From Spirochaetia bacterium (GTDB taxonomy: Bacteria > Spirochaetota > Spirochaetia > SZUA-6 > Bin103): 64,000 nt of DNA. Positions 31,351-41,294 of this stretch are shown one piece after another. Where the stretch lies: contig CBDBOV010000005.1 of assembly GCA_965208575.1 (NCBI GenBank), positions 96,001 to 160,000 of the forward strand, written 5' to 3'. The notes under the pieces are model-generated. The model was not told where the DNA came from, did not search any database, and was given only the letters and a program-made list of their open reading frames with translations. Made by a program: the position numbers and the translations under genes. Position 1 is the stretch's first letter. Every line of letters begins with the position of its first letter.

Positions 31351-31691
31351 GCGCTTGCAGCCGGGACCACGGTCGCGGTGGGTCACCTTCGCGCGGGAGG
31401 TGTAGTCGCCCCACCTTTCCAACCGCCTGTGCGCCGTAGGCGCCGAGCCGGCCGCTGCCGCCGCGCAGCCGCGGCTTGGAACTCTTCGAACTTGGCCCTG
31501 TACCACTCGTTGTCGACCTCGGAGGTGTTCCATGATGTCCCGAGGAATTTCCCCAAAATGCCACGTGCGGCGCCCTTGTAAGCCCCTTCCGCGGTGATGA
31601 GCTCATAGCTCTTTCCATCTGTTCTTGCGGCCACGTGCTCAGCCGGCGCGGGCTCAGAATATCGTCCAGGAGAACAACCCACCCATCTCGT
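31351..31691. pseudogene. Mosaic scar: DppC 3' end with downstream flank (31351-31468), SBP internal fragment (31478-31612), SDR 3' end (31649-31691)
   Basis: Matches ~36816-36933, ~41510-41640 (diverged) and ~47850-47892 respectively. Confidence 0.8.
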
Positions 31692-31713
31692 CATCCTCCT
31701 GAGCGGCGAGGGT

Positions 31714-32064
31714 CTATTGCCGGGGGCTGCCGGTGCCGGTCGCTGGCACCGTCTCCTGGCGCGCTTCCCGCTCCGGCGGCGGTTCCGTGGAAGGCTCCGG
31801 GCGCCACGGCCCCAACACCGCTCCTTCGATGCGCGACAGGCGGCGATCGATATCCGTCACGTCTCGCCTCAGATCGTTCAAGGTCGCTTCCATGCGGTCC
31901 ATGCGCTGATCCATGCGGTCCATGCGCTGATCCATGCGGTCCATGCGGGCGTTCAGGGTGGCCTGCGTGGTGCGGTGCGCGCCCAGCAACGCGAAGCCGA
32001 AGGTCAGGATCGCCGCCAACAGCGTTACTCCGACGCCCAGCACCGCGATGGTATCGCCGCTCAT
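31714..32064 (-). CDS. Small single-TM coiled-coil protein, copy 2 (one extra heptad)
   Basis: Nearly identical to copy 1 except for an extra 21-bp unit encoding MDRMDQR. Confidence 0.7.
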   Translation of the reverse strand: MSGDTIAVLGVGVTLLAAILTFGFALLGAHRTTQATLNARMDRMDQRMDRMDQRMDRMEATLNDLRRDVTDIDRRLSRIEGAVLGPWRPEPSTEPPPEREARQETVPATGTGSPRQ

Positions 32065-32215
32065 GCCGTCATCACCTCATCCACTCCTGATGATCACAGC
32101 ATATACCGATGGGAGGATAGCGTCACGCCCGTACAGGCGAACGAAGGCGAACGAGGCGAACCCACCATCCAGCCATGCGCGAGGTCTGCCGCCGCAGCGC
32201 CCCGACCGGTAGCGC

Positions 32216-32645
32216 TGGCCACACCGCCAGCCGCGGCGCGATCTCCATGTACTGGTGTCCCTCCCGGCTCAGCACGCCGCCCCAGCTCGGCACCGTGGTC
32301 GGCAGCCCGAACCCCAGGAACAGCGCGTACGAGAGGTCGGTAACGAGATTGACCAGCACCACCACGGCGGCGAACACCAGGTTGACGCCCGACACGATCG
32401 GCGCCTCGTTGCGGCTGCACACCGATGCCGGCCGCTACCGGCGCGACGTGCAGGTGACCAGCGGCTACCTGTCGAGCAACCCGCCCCGAGTCCACTTCGG
32501 CTTGCCCGCCGGCGAGCGCCCGAGGCGGCTCACCATCCGCTGGCCGGACGGGTCCGAGGACGTGGTCGACGCGGCGCACGGCCTGGCGGCCGACACGCTG
32601 CTGACCGTCACCCGGTAACACCCCACCGGGGGACCTGCAATCTTG
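32216..32645. pseudogene. Mosaic scar: DppC fragment, DppB 3' fragment, FG-GAP 3' end with downstream flank
   Basis: Matches ~39433-39530, ~40228-40308 and ~50533-50782; ATCGG microhomology at the DppB/FG-GAP joint. Confidence 0.8.
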
Positions 32646-32741
32646 CCTGCCCCCGAGGATACGAGGATGAGTCAGGCGCCAAGTTGGAGTGGGTTGCGCC
32701 GCCGCTGCTCGACGTGCTGGCGAAGCGCGAGCCGTGGACGA

Positions 32742-33686
32742 TTATCCCCGATCCCTCACCAGCCGCAGAAAGTCCGCTTCGTCCCGGCACTCCAGCGCCG
32801 CCCGCACCAGATCCTCGGCCGAGACGCCGTCAAGCTCGGCCAGCCGCCGTGGCAGCGCGGCCGACACCGGCACGCCCCGGGTCTCGAATACCTGCAACAC
32901 CGCCGCGGTCAGCGCCTCCACCCGACCTTCCCGGCGCTCGGCGCGCAGCAACGGGTCGTCTTCCGGCCCCGTGCCTTCCGCCGCACCCAGCGTTCGCCCC
33001 ACCCGGCGCAACGCCGCGATGGTTGCGTCCGCCAGCTCGTCCTCGTTCAGCGCGATGTGAATCTCCGCCGCCGTCCAGCCCGGAAACGCCCGGCTACTCG
33101 ACGCCGTGCGATAGCCTTCGTCCGCCAACAGGTGAATCGTCAAGCCGGGACGCAGCCCCGCCGGACGGCTCGGCGACGCCGTGTCTGGCACCTCCACCCA
33201 CACTTCCGGAAACCCCCACGACTCGTAGAGTTCAAGCTTGCCGCGGCGTACGTCGGTGGTGTTGTCCACCTCCAGCACCACGTCCGGCAGCACGTCGCTG
33301 CCCACCTCGATGGCGGGACCCCAGGGCCGCGTCGCGCGCGGCCGCAGATACACCGTCTGGTCTGCCTCAAGGATACGCAGATAGGCGCCGTCCGCATCGC
33401 GCATCAGCAGGTCCGCGGCACCGAACGTCTCAATCGGCGAACCCCGCGTCTGGGCGATCAGCGTGAGCAGCGCCGCCAAGCGCTGCGGTGGCCGTTCGTG
33501 GTAGGTGCTGACCGGCTCGCACACCATGGCGACTTCCGTAGCGGCGTCCCAGTACTCGATGCGACCGTCGTAAGCGGCAATCTCATCACGCGATATACGC
33601 ACCGGCCGACAGCCGGGAAACTCCGGCCGCTCCGGCTCGCGCCCATCCGCCGGCCGCGGCACCGCGGTCACACTGTACTCAGCCAT
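32742..33686 (-). CDS. Uma2-like protein, copy 2 (different subtype)
   Basis: PEFPGC, YHE, IEVGSDVLPDVVLEVDNTT, GFPEVW. Confidence 0.8.
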   Translation of the reverse strand: MAEYSVTAVPRPADGREPERPEFPGCRPVRISRDEIAAYDGRIEYWDAATEVAMVCEPVSTYHERPPQRLAALLTLIAQTRGSPIETFGAADLLMRDADGAYLRILEADQTVYLRPRATRPWGPAIEVGSDVLPDVVLEVDNTTDVRRGKLELYESWGFPEVWVEVPDTASPSRPAGLRPGLTIHLLADEGYRTASSSRAFPGWTAAEIHIALNEDELADATIAALRRVGRTLGAAEGTGPEDDPLLRAERREGRVEALTAAVLQVFETRGVPVSAALPRRLAELDGVSAEDLVRAALECRDEADFLRLVRDRG

Positions 33687-33848
33687 GGCGCCGATCTTAA
33701 CACATGGCGGCTCCTGCAATGCAGGCGCTATGACGCGCGGCACGCGGCTGAAATCCCTCGGCAGCTTGGTTGTATGAACGGGGCGATGCTTTGCGTTTGA
33801 CAACTACCGTCCGCCGCCGTGATTATCGGTGCCATGCATGGAGGCGCC

Positions 33849-34688
33849 ATGAAAGACTATAGAGACAAGGTAGCGGTGATCACCGGCGCAGGGCGCGGCA
33901 TCGGCCGAGGGATCGCCCTCCGTTGTGCCAAGGAGGGGATGAAGGTCGTCTTGGCCGGATTCGGGATGGAACCCCTCACCAGGACCGCCGCCGACCTGGA
34001 GGCGCTGGGGGCGGAGACGCTGATCGTCCAGACGGATGTATCCGAGGCAGCACAGGTGGAGAACCTGGCAGCAGCCACGATCGAAGCCTTTGGCCACGTC
34101 GACCTGCTGGTGAACAACGCCGGGGTCGCCCAGCCGGGCAAGACACTGGAGCTCACACTGGACGACTGGAACTGGGTAATGGGGGTCAATTTCTACGGAG
34201 TGCTTCATGGCCTGCGTGCATTCGTCCCCCGCATGATCGAACGGAAGCAACCCAGTCACGTGGTCAATGTCTCATCCCTTTCCGGCGTGCTCCCGGCGGG
34301 CGGGTCGTACGGGGTCTCGAAACATGCCGTACTGGTGCTGACCGAGTCGCTATATCGGGAGTTGGCCGAGTCGGCGCCCCACGTCAAGGTTTCGGTGCTC
34401 TGCCCGGGTTGGGTGGCGACCGAGTTTTACCGCGTGGATCAATCTCGTCCCGAACGTTTCAAAGGGGCGACGACCGAGGTCACCGACGAGTACCGGGAGA
34501 CTTGGCGCGGGTGGCTGACCGCAGGAATCACGACCGACCAGCTCGCCGGGATCCTGTTCGACGGCCTGGCGCACGACCAACTGTACATCGGCGTCCAGGG
34601 CTTCCGGGCAGCGGGGCAGGATGTCGGAGAGTCGATTATGGCCCGGGCTCAGAATATCGTCCAGGAGAAGAATCCACCCATCTCGTAA
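33849..34688 (+). CDS. SDR oxidoreductase, copy 1
   Basis: TGAGRGIG, NNAG, YGVSK; close paralog of 47055-47894. Confidence 0.92.
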   Translation: MKDYRDKVAVITGAGRGIGRGIALRCAKEGMKVVLAGFGMEPLTRTAADLEALGAETLIVQTDVSEAAQVENLAAATIEAFGHVDLLVNNAGVAQPGKTLELTLDDWNWVMGVNFYGVLHGLRAFVPRMIERKQPSHVVNVSSLSGVLPAGGSYGVSKHAVLVLTESLYRELAESAPHVKVSVLCPGWVATEFYRVDQSRPERFKGATTEVTDEYRETWRGWLTAGITTDQLAGILFDGLAHDQLYIGVQGFRAAGQDVGESIMARAQNIVQEKNPPIS

Positions 34689-34759
34689 CCTGATCTATCC
34701 CGTTCTCGATGTCGGCCAAGTGCTTGATCAGCGTCCGTGCGCTGGGGACCAAGGTTGCT

Positions 34760-35030
34760 GACCGCCTGTGCGCCGTAGGCGCCGAGGCGGCCGCTGCCGC
34801 CGCGCAGGCGCAGGTCGAGCAGGTCGCGCACCGCGTCGCCGACCATGTTCAGGCAGTACACCACCACCGTCCGGCGATTGTCGCCCTCCGCGACATCTTC
34901 ACGGTGGTACCGCTTGACGCGCAGATTCTCGATCAATCGATCGACTCTGCCCGTGGCGACTTCGAGGATGCGATCCAGCTTCACTCGGCGGTCAGGGTTG
35001 GAGCACGCTATCTGGTGACGAGGAACAGGG
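34760..35030. pseudogene. DppC 3' fragment (34760-34870, minus) fused to a PIN-domain C-terminal fragment (34875-35030, plus)
   Basis: DAVRDLLDLRLRGG; then LRDIFTVVPLDAQILDQSIDSARGDFEDAIQLHSAVRVGARYLVTRN (PIN-like DFEDA..TRN). Confidence 0.7.
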
Positions 35031-35177
35031 CGCGTTCTCACGCCACGGCGGCATCCCCCTGCGCGTGGTCGACCTGCCGGGACGCGCGGATCGCCGCCCT
35101 GATCGGCAGATCGGCAGCACCGCCTTCATGCGCAAGCAGGCCGGCTTCGCCTGTTCCGTGCCAGGTCGCGTCGCCGG

Positions 35178-36725
35178 TCAGGCGTCGGCGGTCTCGAAGG
35201 CGGTGATGTTGCGGGAGGCGCGGCTGAACTCGACGCCGATGAGATGGATGGGGGCGCCGGCCGCGCGGTACTTGTCGGCGTAGCGGCGCTCCTGCAACTG
35301 GGCGAGCGCGGAGCCGGGCGGCGCCATCTCCGCCACCTTGAACTCGAACAGGTAGACGTGGCCGGCGGTGCGCACCGCCATGTCCAGCCGCCCGTGGCTG
35401 CTCGACTCCTCCACGGCGATGTCGTAGCCGAGCGCGGCGAAGTAGGAGTAGAACACGCTGGCGTAGAAGCCTTCGTAGTCGGCGATGTCGTTGTTGGTGT
35501 ACCAGTGGTACGGGATGCTGGCGAAGAAGGCGTGGAACAGCACCTTCAGGCCGGCGCAGTCGTGCGCCTCCAGCAGGCTTGCAAGGCGGATGCTGTTGGT
35601 GGTCTGGTGCGCGGTGTCCCGCACCAGGTGGCGCAGCAGGACCCGGTTCAGGCTCTGCCGCACCTCCCGGTTGGGATAGCCGAGCCGGTACAGCGCCTCG
35701 CCGCCCAGCCGCTCTTCGGCGGTGATGGTCAGGTAGCCGGTCTGGAACAGCAGCGCCTCGGTGCCGATCTGATCCACGTCGAACGTGGACAACAACTCGG
35801 CGGTGCCGACCATGTCATCGAGCGACACCGTCGAGACGCGGCGTTCGAACAGCTTGTCGACCAGGAACGCCGGTGTACCAGTCTCGAACCAGTGATCGGC
35901 GAACTTGCGGCGGCGCAGGAACAGCAGCACGTCGTAGGGGTTGTACACCTTCTCCGTGCCCAGCCAGCTATAGCCGTTGTACCACTCGCGCACCCGCTCC
36001 CGGTCCACCCCGCCGAACTCGGGCGCGAACACCTCGTCCAGGTCGTCCTCCGTGTAGCCACAGATCGACGAGTACACCGGATCGAGCGTGATGTCGGTGA
36101 GGTTGTTCAAGTCCGAGAAAAGGCTCACCTTGGTGAATTTGCTCACTCCCGTCACGAACGTGAACCGTACGTGGGCGTCGCTCGACTTGATCATCCCATA
36201 GAAGCCGCGCAGGAAGTCGCGGTTGGCCACTGCCATCTCCGGGTCGGCGAGCGCATCGAGGATCGGCTTGTCGTACTCGTCAACCAACACCACGACCCGC
36301 TGCCCGGTCCGGCGATGCATGGTCTGCAGAAGTCGCCGTAAGCGTCCCGGCGCGCCCACCTCGCGCGCCGGAACACCCGCCGTCTCTTCCAGGTACTCCA
36401 GTTGGAGCGTCACGTCCTCGTTCAGACTCCCCGGTTCCTTGAAGCTGCCGCCGGCGAAGTCCAGCCGCACTACCGGGCAGCGTTCCGACCAGTTCCAGCG
36501 GTCGTGCACGTGCAGGCCCCTGAACAGTGGTTCGTTGCCTTCGAACAGTTCCTTCAGCGTGTCCAGGAACAGGCTCTTGCCGAACCGGCGGGGACGTGAC
36601 AGGAAGTAATGGGCGCCTTCGTCGAGCAGACGTTCGATGAAGTTCGTCTTGTCCACGTAGTAGCAGTCCTGCTCCCGCAGCTTGCGGAACGTCTGCATGC
36701 CGATCGGCAGTCTACGCCTGGTCAC
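35178..36725 (-). CDS. AAA-ATPase-like protein with C-terminal PD-(D/E)XK nuclease domain
   Basis: LPIGMQTF, RPRRFGKS, LVDEYD, GRLD..FEFK. Confidence 0.9.
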   Translation of the reverse strand: MTRRRLPIGMQTFRKLREQDCYYVDKTNFIERLLDEGAHYFLSRPRRFGKSLFLDTLKELFEGNEPLFRGLHVHDRWNWSERCPVVRLDFAGGSFKEPGSLNEDVTLQLEYLEETAGVPAREVGAPGRLRRLLQTMHRRTGQRVVVLVDEYDKPILDALADPEMAVANRDFLRGFYGMIKSSDAHVRFTFVTGVSKFTKVSLFSDLNNLTDITLDPVYSSICGYTEDDLDEVFAPEFGGVDRERVREWYNGYSWLGTEKVYNPYDVLLFLRRRKFADHWFETGTPAFLVDKLFERRVSTVSLDDMVGTAELLSTFDVDQIGTEALLFQTGYLTITAEERLGGEALYRLGYPNREVRQSLNRVLLRHLVRDTAHQTTNSIRLASLLEAHDCAGLKVLFHAFFASIPYHWYTNNDIADYEGFYASVFYSYFAALGYDIAVEESSSHGRLDMAVRTAGHVYLFEFKVAEMAPPGSALAQLQERRYADKYRAAGAPIHLIGVEFSRASRNITAFETADA

Positions 36726-36815
36726 CAGTTCATCCTACCCCACCGCGCGGCGGCACGAAACCGGGCGCATCGCCTCACGCCAATCCACACGAACGGTAAC
36801 CGTCGCCGACCGGCA

Positions 36816-37115
36816 GCGCTTGCAGCCGGGACGACGGGCTCCGTGGGTCACCTTCGTGCGGGAGGTGTAGTCGCCCCTCCTTTTCCGACCGCCTGGGCGC
36901 CGTAGGCGCCGAGGCGGCCGCTGCCGCCGCGCAGGCGCGGGTCGAGCAGGTCGCGCACCGCGTCGCCGACCATGTTCAGGCAGTACACCACCACCGTCAG
37001 ACACAGGCCCGGCCACACCGCCAGCCGCGGCGCGATCTCCATGTACTCGCGCCCCTCCCGGCTCAGCATGCCGCCCCAGCTCGGCACCGTGGTCGGCAAT
37101 CCGAACCCCAGGACC
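36816..37115 (-). pseudogene. DppC 3' fragment (about 75 codons) plus downstream flank
   Basis: Near-identical to ~39305-39530. Confidence 0.82.
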
Positions 37116-37136
37116 ACGGCCTTGAAGGATGGCACC

Positions 37137-38156
37137 ATGACCTCACCGATGTTCGACCTGGAGCACGTCGAGGTCTCGCCCAGCGGGCGCTACCAAGCAG
37201 CGCAACCCCGGCCCGCCCAGCCCGCCGAGCCGCCGGCGTTCCCGGGCTGCACGCCGGTGCACCTGCCGCGCACCGAGATCGACCGCTTCGAGGGGCGGCT
37301 CGAGTATTGGGATTCGGCCACCGAGACCGCCTGGATCAGCGAGCCCACCACTTCCTATCACGAACGCCCGTCGCGCCTGGTGACCCGCTTGGCCGAGATG
37401 GTTGGCCGGGTGCGCGGGTCGCCGATCGAGTCGTACGGCTCGATGGACCTGCTGCTGCGCGACCCCGACAGCGAGCCGCGGCGCATCATGCAGGCCGACG
37501 AGTCGGTGTACCTGCATCCGGCGCGCGCCAAGCTGCCGGGGGCCGCCATGGTGGTAGGCGAGGACGACTTTCCCGACGTGGTGCTGGAGGTGGATCACAC
37601 CACCGACGTGCACCGCGGCAAGCTCGCGCTGTACGAATCGTGGGGCTTCCCGGAAGTGTGGGTGGAGGTGCCGGACACTCCGTCGCCGAGCCGGCCGCAC
37701 CGGCGCCGCCCGGGACTGACCATTCATGTGCTCGAGCACGGCCGGTTCCGGGTTGCAACCGAGAGCCGTGCATTTCCCGGCTGGCGGGCCGAGGAGATTC
37801 ACTTGGCGCTGAACGAGCCGGTGCCGTCGGCGCAGACGAGCGCGGCGGTGGAACGGGTTGCAACGGCGCTCGGTGAGCGCGAAGGCACCGGCCCGGACGA
37901 CGACCCGCTGCTGCGCTCGCAACGGCGCCAGGGGTTCGAGCGCGGCCTGGCGGAAGGTCGCTTACGGATGGTCCGCCAGATTCTGCGGTCACGGGGCATT
38001 GCAGTGTCGGCGCGGTTCTCCGCCGCTGCGGAAGCGCTCGCCGCGGCGTCCGAGGAGGCGCTGCTGGCGGCGGCCAACCTGCAGTTGCTGACCGGCGGCC
38101 GCTACGGTGTTCGGCATCGGTGCCGGATGGGTCGAGCGCGAGTACCACGCCTATGA
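37137..38156 (+). CDS. Uma2-like protein, copy 3; C-terminus fused to an LLM fragment
   Basis: Highly similar to copy 1; switches to LLM sequence (ANLQLLTGGRY) at CGGCGGC microhomology near 38070. Confidence 0.75.
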   Translation: MTSPMFDLEHVEVSPSGRYQAAQPRPAQPAEPPAFPGCTPVHLPRTEIDRFEGRLEYWDSATETAWISEPTTSYHERPSRLVTRLAEMVGRVRGSPIESYGSMDLLLRDPDSEPRRIMQADESVYLHPARAKLPGAAMVVGEDDFPDVVLEVDHTTDVHRGKLALYESWGFPEVWVEVPDTPSPSRPHRRRPGLTIHVLEHGRFRVATESRAFPGWRAEEIHLALNEPVPSAQTSAAVERVATALGEREGTGPDDDPLLRSQRRQGFERGLAEGRLRMVRQILRSRGIAVSARFSAAAEALAAASEEALLAAANLQLLTGGRYGVRHRCRMGRARVPRL

Positions 38157-38456
38157 CTACGAGTTCCCGAAGCCGGCCGTGCGCATCGCCCAACTGGACG
38201 AGGCCGTGCAGATCGTCAGAAAGCTCTGGACCGAAGCGCCCGCCACCTTCCACGGCAGCTACTACCGGGTCACCGACGCCTACTGCGAACCGCGGCCGGA
38301 CCCCGCACCGCCACTGTTGATCGGCGGTGGCGGCGAACAACTGACCCTGCGGGTGGTGGCCAAGTACGCCGACTGCACGTACTGGCGCCCCTCGCGGCTC
38401 ATCATGCCCCCAGCTCGGCACCGTGGTCGGCAGCCCGAACCCAAGGAAGCTCAGCG
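38068..38456. pseudogene. LLM internal fragment (38068-38376) plus DppC fragment (38377-38456)
   Basis: Matches ~44402-44708 and permease LSFLGFGLPTTVPSWG. Confidence 0.8.
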
Positions 38457-38474
38457 ATTCTCCCGGGCGGGCGT

Positions 38475-38837
38475 TCACCCTGTTCGAAGTCGGACGCGGC
38501 CTGCTTCGACAACTGCTAGTTTGCCCTCAATCATCGACAGTATTTCTTCCCGTCGGAGGAATGTCGTCAGCAACCTTAGTATGAAGGAAGTCGTTGCGTG
38601 ACGAGGTAGACGCAAGACCACGATGCCAGCATGACTTGACGGAGGATATCGCCGGACATCCCCGAACCCCGAATCGCCAGTGAGTAGGCATAACTCTTTC
38701 GACCGCGCATATTCCGCGATCTGCTCGTCACTGGAGGCCGCCATCCCTATGTCCCGAACGTCAACCGACTCGTGACCGCTAGCGGCGATCACACTACCTA
38801 CAGCGCGGGGTAGATCCGCGTCGATGATGAATCGCAA
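38475..38837 (-). CDS. DUF5615 PIN-like toxin (VapC45-like)
   Basis: MRFIIDADLP..GH....D...D..I...LLTGD..FG..GIVVLR. Confidence 0.82.
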   Translation of the reverse strand: MRFIIDADLPRAVGSVIAASGHESVDVRDIGMAASSDEQIAEYARSKELCLLTGDSGFGDVRRYPPSSHAGIVVLRLPRHATTSFILRLLTTFLRREEILSMIEGKLAVVEAGRVRLRTG

Positions 38838-38842
38838 ACCGA

Positions 38843-39067
38843 TCAGGTTGCAGGTAGAGGAAAAACCTCTTCTGCTTCGACGAGTTCCTCGGCGTACTCA
38901 AGAGCGGCCCGTACATCTGCGTCTACAACGTCATATTCTTCGCAAATCTCTTTTCGCGTTGCCCCACCTGCAAGGCTTCCAATAATTCGATGCACAGGCA
39001 CCCGAGTCCCTCGCACCACCGGCTTCCCATGACGGATAGAGGGGTCGATCATTATTCGTTCATTCAT
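38843..39067 (-). CDS. DUF433 antitoxin
   Basis: IDPSIRHGKPVVRGTRVPV..I...L..G...EI..EY..DVRAALEYA. Confidence 0.88.
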   Translation of the reverse strand: MNERIMIDPSIRHGKPVVRGTRVPVHRIIGSLAGGATRKEICEEYDVVDADVRAALEYAEELVEAEEVFPLPAT

Positions 39068-39268
39068 CCTGTCACCTCCATGCGAGTGAGACGTTGCAAC
39101 TCTCACAACAGCGGAAACCCATACGCCACGCTGGGAGGCTCTGCTTGTATCTGCTTGTACCAGCGTAACACCGCAGGGACTCTCCGCGAGTGATTCGGCT
39201 GCCATACTACGCTTCAGGCGGCACCTCAGCAAGCGCGCCGGCCCTCCCTGGACTGACCGCTCGGTGGT

Positions 39269-40189
39269 TCACTTCCGCGCGGGCCGTGCGGTCGAATCGG
39301 CTTGTCCGACCGCCTGCGCGCCGTAGGCGCCGAGGCGGCCGCTGCCGCCGCGCAGGCGCGGGTCGAGCAGGTCGCGCACCGCGTCGCCGACCATGTTCAG
39401 GCAGTACACCACCACCGTCAGACACAGGCCCGGCCACACCGCCAGCCGCGGCGCGATCTCCATGTACTCGCGCCCCTCCCGGCTCAGCATGCCGCCCCAG
39501 CTCGGCACAGTCGTGGGCAGGCCGAACCCCAGAAAGCTCAAGCTGGCCTCGCTGATCACCACCGCGCCGATGTTGATGCTGTAGATCACGATCAGCACCG
39601 GCGCGATGTTGGGCAGCAGGTGGTGCAAGAGGGTCCGCCAGCGCGAGCTGCCCACCGCCCGCGCCGCCTCGAAGTAGACCTGCTCCCTGGCGCCGATCAC
39701 CGCGCCCCTTACCACCCGCGAGCCGCCGATGCCGCCCAGCACCCCCAGCACCACGATGATCTGCAGCACCCCCCGGCCGACCACCGACATCACCGTCAGC
39801 AGGATCAGCAGGCCGGGAATCGACATCCAGGCATCGACCAGCCGCTGCACCGTCGGGTCGAGCCGGCCGCCGATGAAGCCGGACGCGCCGCCCACGACCA
39901 GCGCCACCAGCACGTTGACGGCGGTCGCGGCCAGGCCGACGCCGAGGGTGAGGCGGGCGCCGTAGATCAGCCGGCTGGCGAAGTCGCGGCCCAACTGGTC
40001 GGTGCCCAGCGGGTAGCGCGCCGAGGAGCCCTGCAGCCGGTCCATCAGGAACACCTCGTTGGGACCGAAAGGGGCCAGCACGTCGGCCAACAGCGCCACC
40101 AGGATCAACAACAGCAGCACGATCCCGAGCACCACCGCCAACGGCTTCTCCCGGCGCAGCCGGACAAAGAAATCGGCGAACGCGCCCAT
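39269..40189 (-). CDS. ABC permease (DppC-like), cassette 3
   Basis: Permease motifs; closest match to most DppC fragments in the window. Confidence 0.92.
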   Translation of the reverse strand: MGAFADFFVRLRREKPLAVVLGIVLLLLILVALLADVLAPFGPNEVFLMDRLQGSSARYPLGTDQLGRDFASRLIYGARLTLGVGLAATAVNVLVALVVGGASGFIGGRLDPTVQRLVDAWMSIPGLLILLTVMSVVGRGVLQIIVVLGVLGGIGGSRVVRGAVIGAREQVYFEAARAVGSSRWRTLLHHLLPNIAPVLIVIYSINIGAVVISEASLSFLGFGLPTTVPSWGGMLSREGREYMEIAPRLAVWPGLCLTVVVYCLNMVGDAVRDLLDPRLRGGSGRLGAYGAQAVGQADSTARPARK

Positions 40190-40200
40190 CGGCGCCTTCC

Positions 40201-41172
40201 CTACCGATAGCGCACGCGCGGGTCGATCAGCGCGTACGAGAGGTCGGTAACCAGATTGACCAGCACCACCACGGCGGCGAACACCAGGTTGACGCCCGAC
40301 ACGATCGGGTAGTCCCTGATCGAAAGCGCATCCACCAGCAGCCGCCCCAGCCCCGGCAGGTTGAAGATGTTCTCGATGATCACCGAGCCCCCCACCAGGA
40401 TCGGCACCTGCAGGGCGACCAGGCTGACCACCGGGATCAGGGTGTTCTTGACGGCGTGGCGCAGGATCACCGATCGCTCCAGCAGGCCCTTGGCCCACGC
40501 GGTCCTGATGTAGTCCTGTCTGAGCACCTCCAGCATCATGGTCCGCGTCATCCGCATGGTGGCCGCGGACAGATAGGTCCCGAGGATCAGGCTGGGCACG
40601 GCGAATCCCGCCAGGCTCCCGAGCGGGTCGTCCGCGAAGGAGACCAGCACCAACGGTGGGGACCAGCGCCACCAGATGGCGGGAAACAGGATCACCATGG
40701 TGGCCAGCCAGAAGTTGGGCGTGGCCAAGCCGAGGATGGCCAGCGAACGGCCCACGTAGTCGGCGGCGGTATCCTGGCGGATCGCCGAGTAGATACCGAC
40801 CGGCACGGCGATCACCAGCCCGATGACGATCGCCATCAGGCCGAGCTGAACGGTCACCGGCAGCCGCTGGGCGATGCTCTGCTCCACGGTGTCGCCGCCC
40901 ATCAGTGGCTCGCCGAGCGTGCCGCGCAGCACGATCCCGCCCACCCAGCGCCCATACTGGACGTAGACCGGCACGTCCAACCCCAGCCGGCGCTCCATGG
41001 CTGCGCGGTCGATCCCCTCATGCCCGAGTCTCGACCAGGAGCGTTCCATTTGCATTTGCATGACGTCGATGACATCGCCCGGGAGGAAGCGGACCAACAG
41101 AAACACCAGGACGGTCACGAGGAACAGGGTCGGGATGACCATCAACAGCCGCCGGACGGCATACGCCCTCAT
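40201..41172 (-). CDS. ABC permease (DppB-like), cassette 3
   Basis: Permease motifs. Confidence 0.92.
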   Translation of the reverse strand: MRAYAVRRLLMVIPTLFLVTVLVFLLVRFLPGDVIDVMQMQMERSWSRLGHEGIDRAAMERRLGLDVPVYVQYGRWVGGIVLRGTLGEPLMGGDTVEQSIAQRLPVTVQLGLMAIVIGLVIAVPVGIYSAIRQDTAADYVGRSLAILGLATPNFWLATMVILFPAIWWRWSPPLVLVSFADDPLGSLAGFAVPSLILGTYLSAATMRMTRTMMLEVLRQDYIRTAWAKGLLERSVILRHAVKNTLIPVVSLVALQVPILVGGSVIIENIFNLPGLGRLLVDALSIRDYPIVSGVNLVFAAVVVLVNLVTDLSYALIDPRVRYR

Positions 41173-41294
41173 GCATTACGCTCCATCGTTTGTGGGGGAC
41201 TGAGCTAGCAGCCCGTGGCGAAACTCCGGCTGCTAGGAGCAGGGCCGGCCGCCGGCCGTGCGCGACCCCACCCCAACTGCACACGCGCCGCGCG

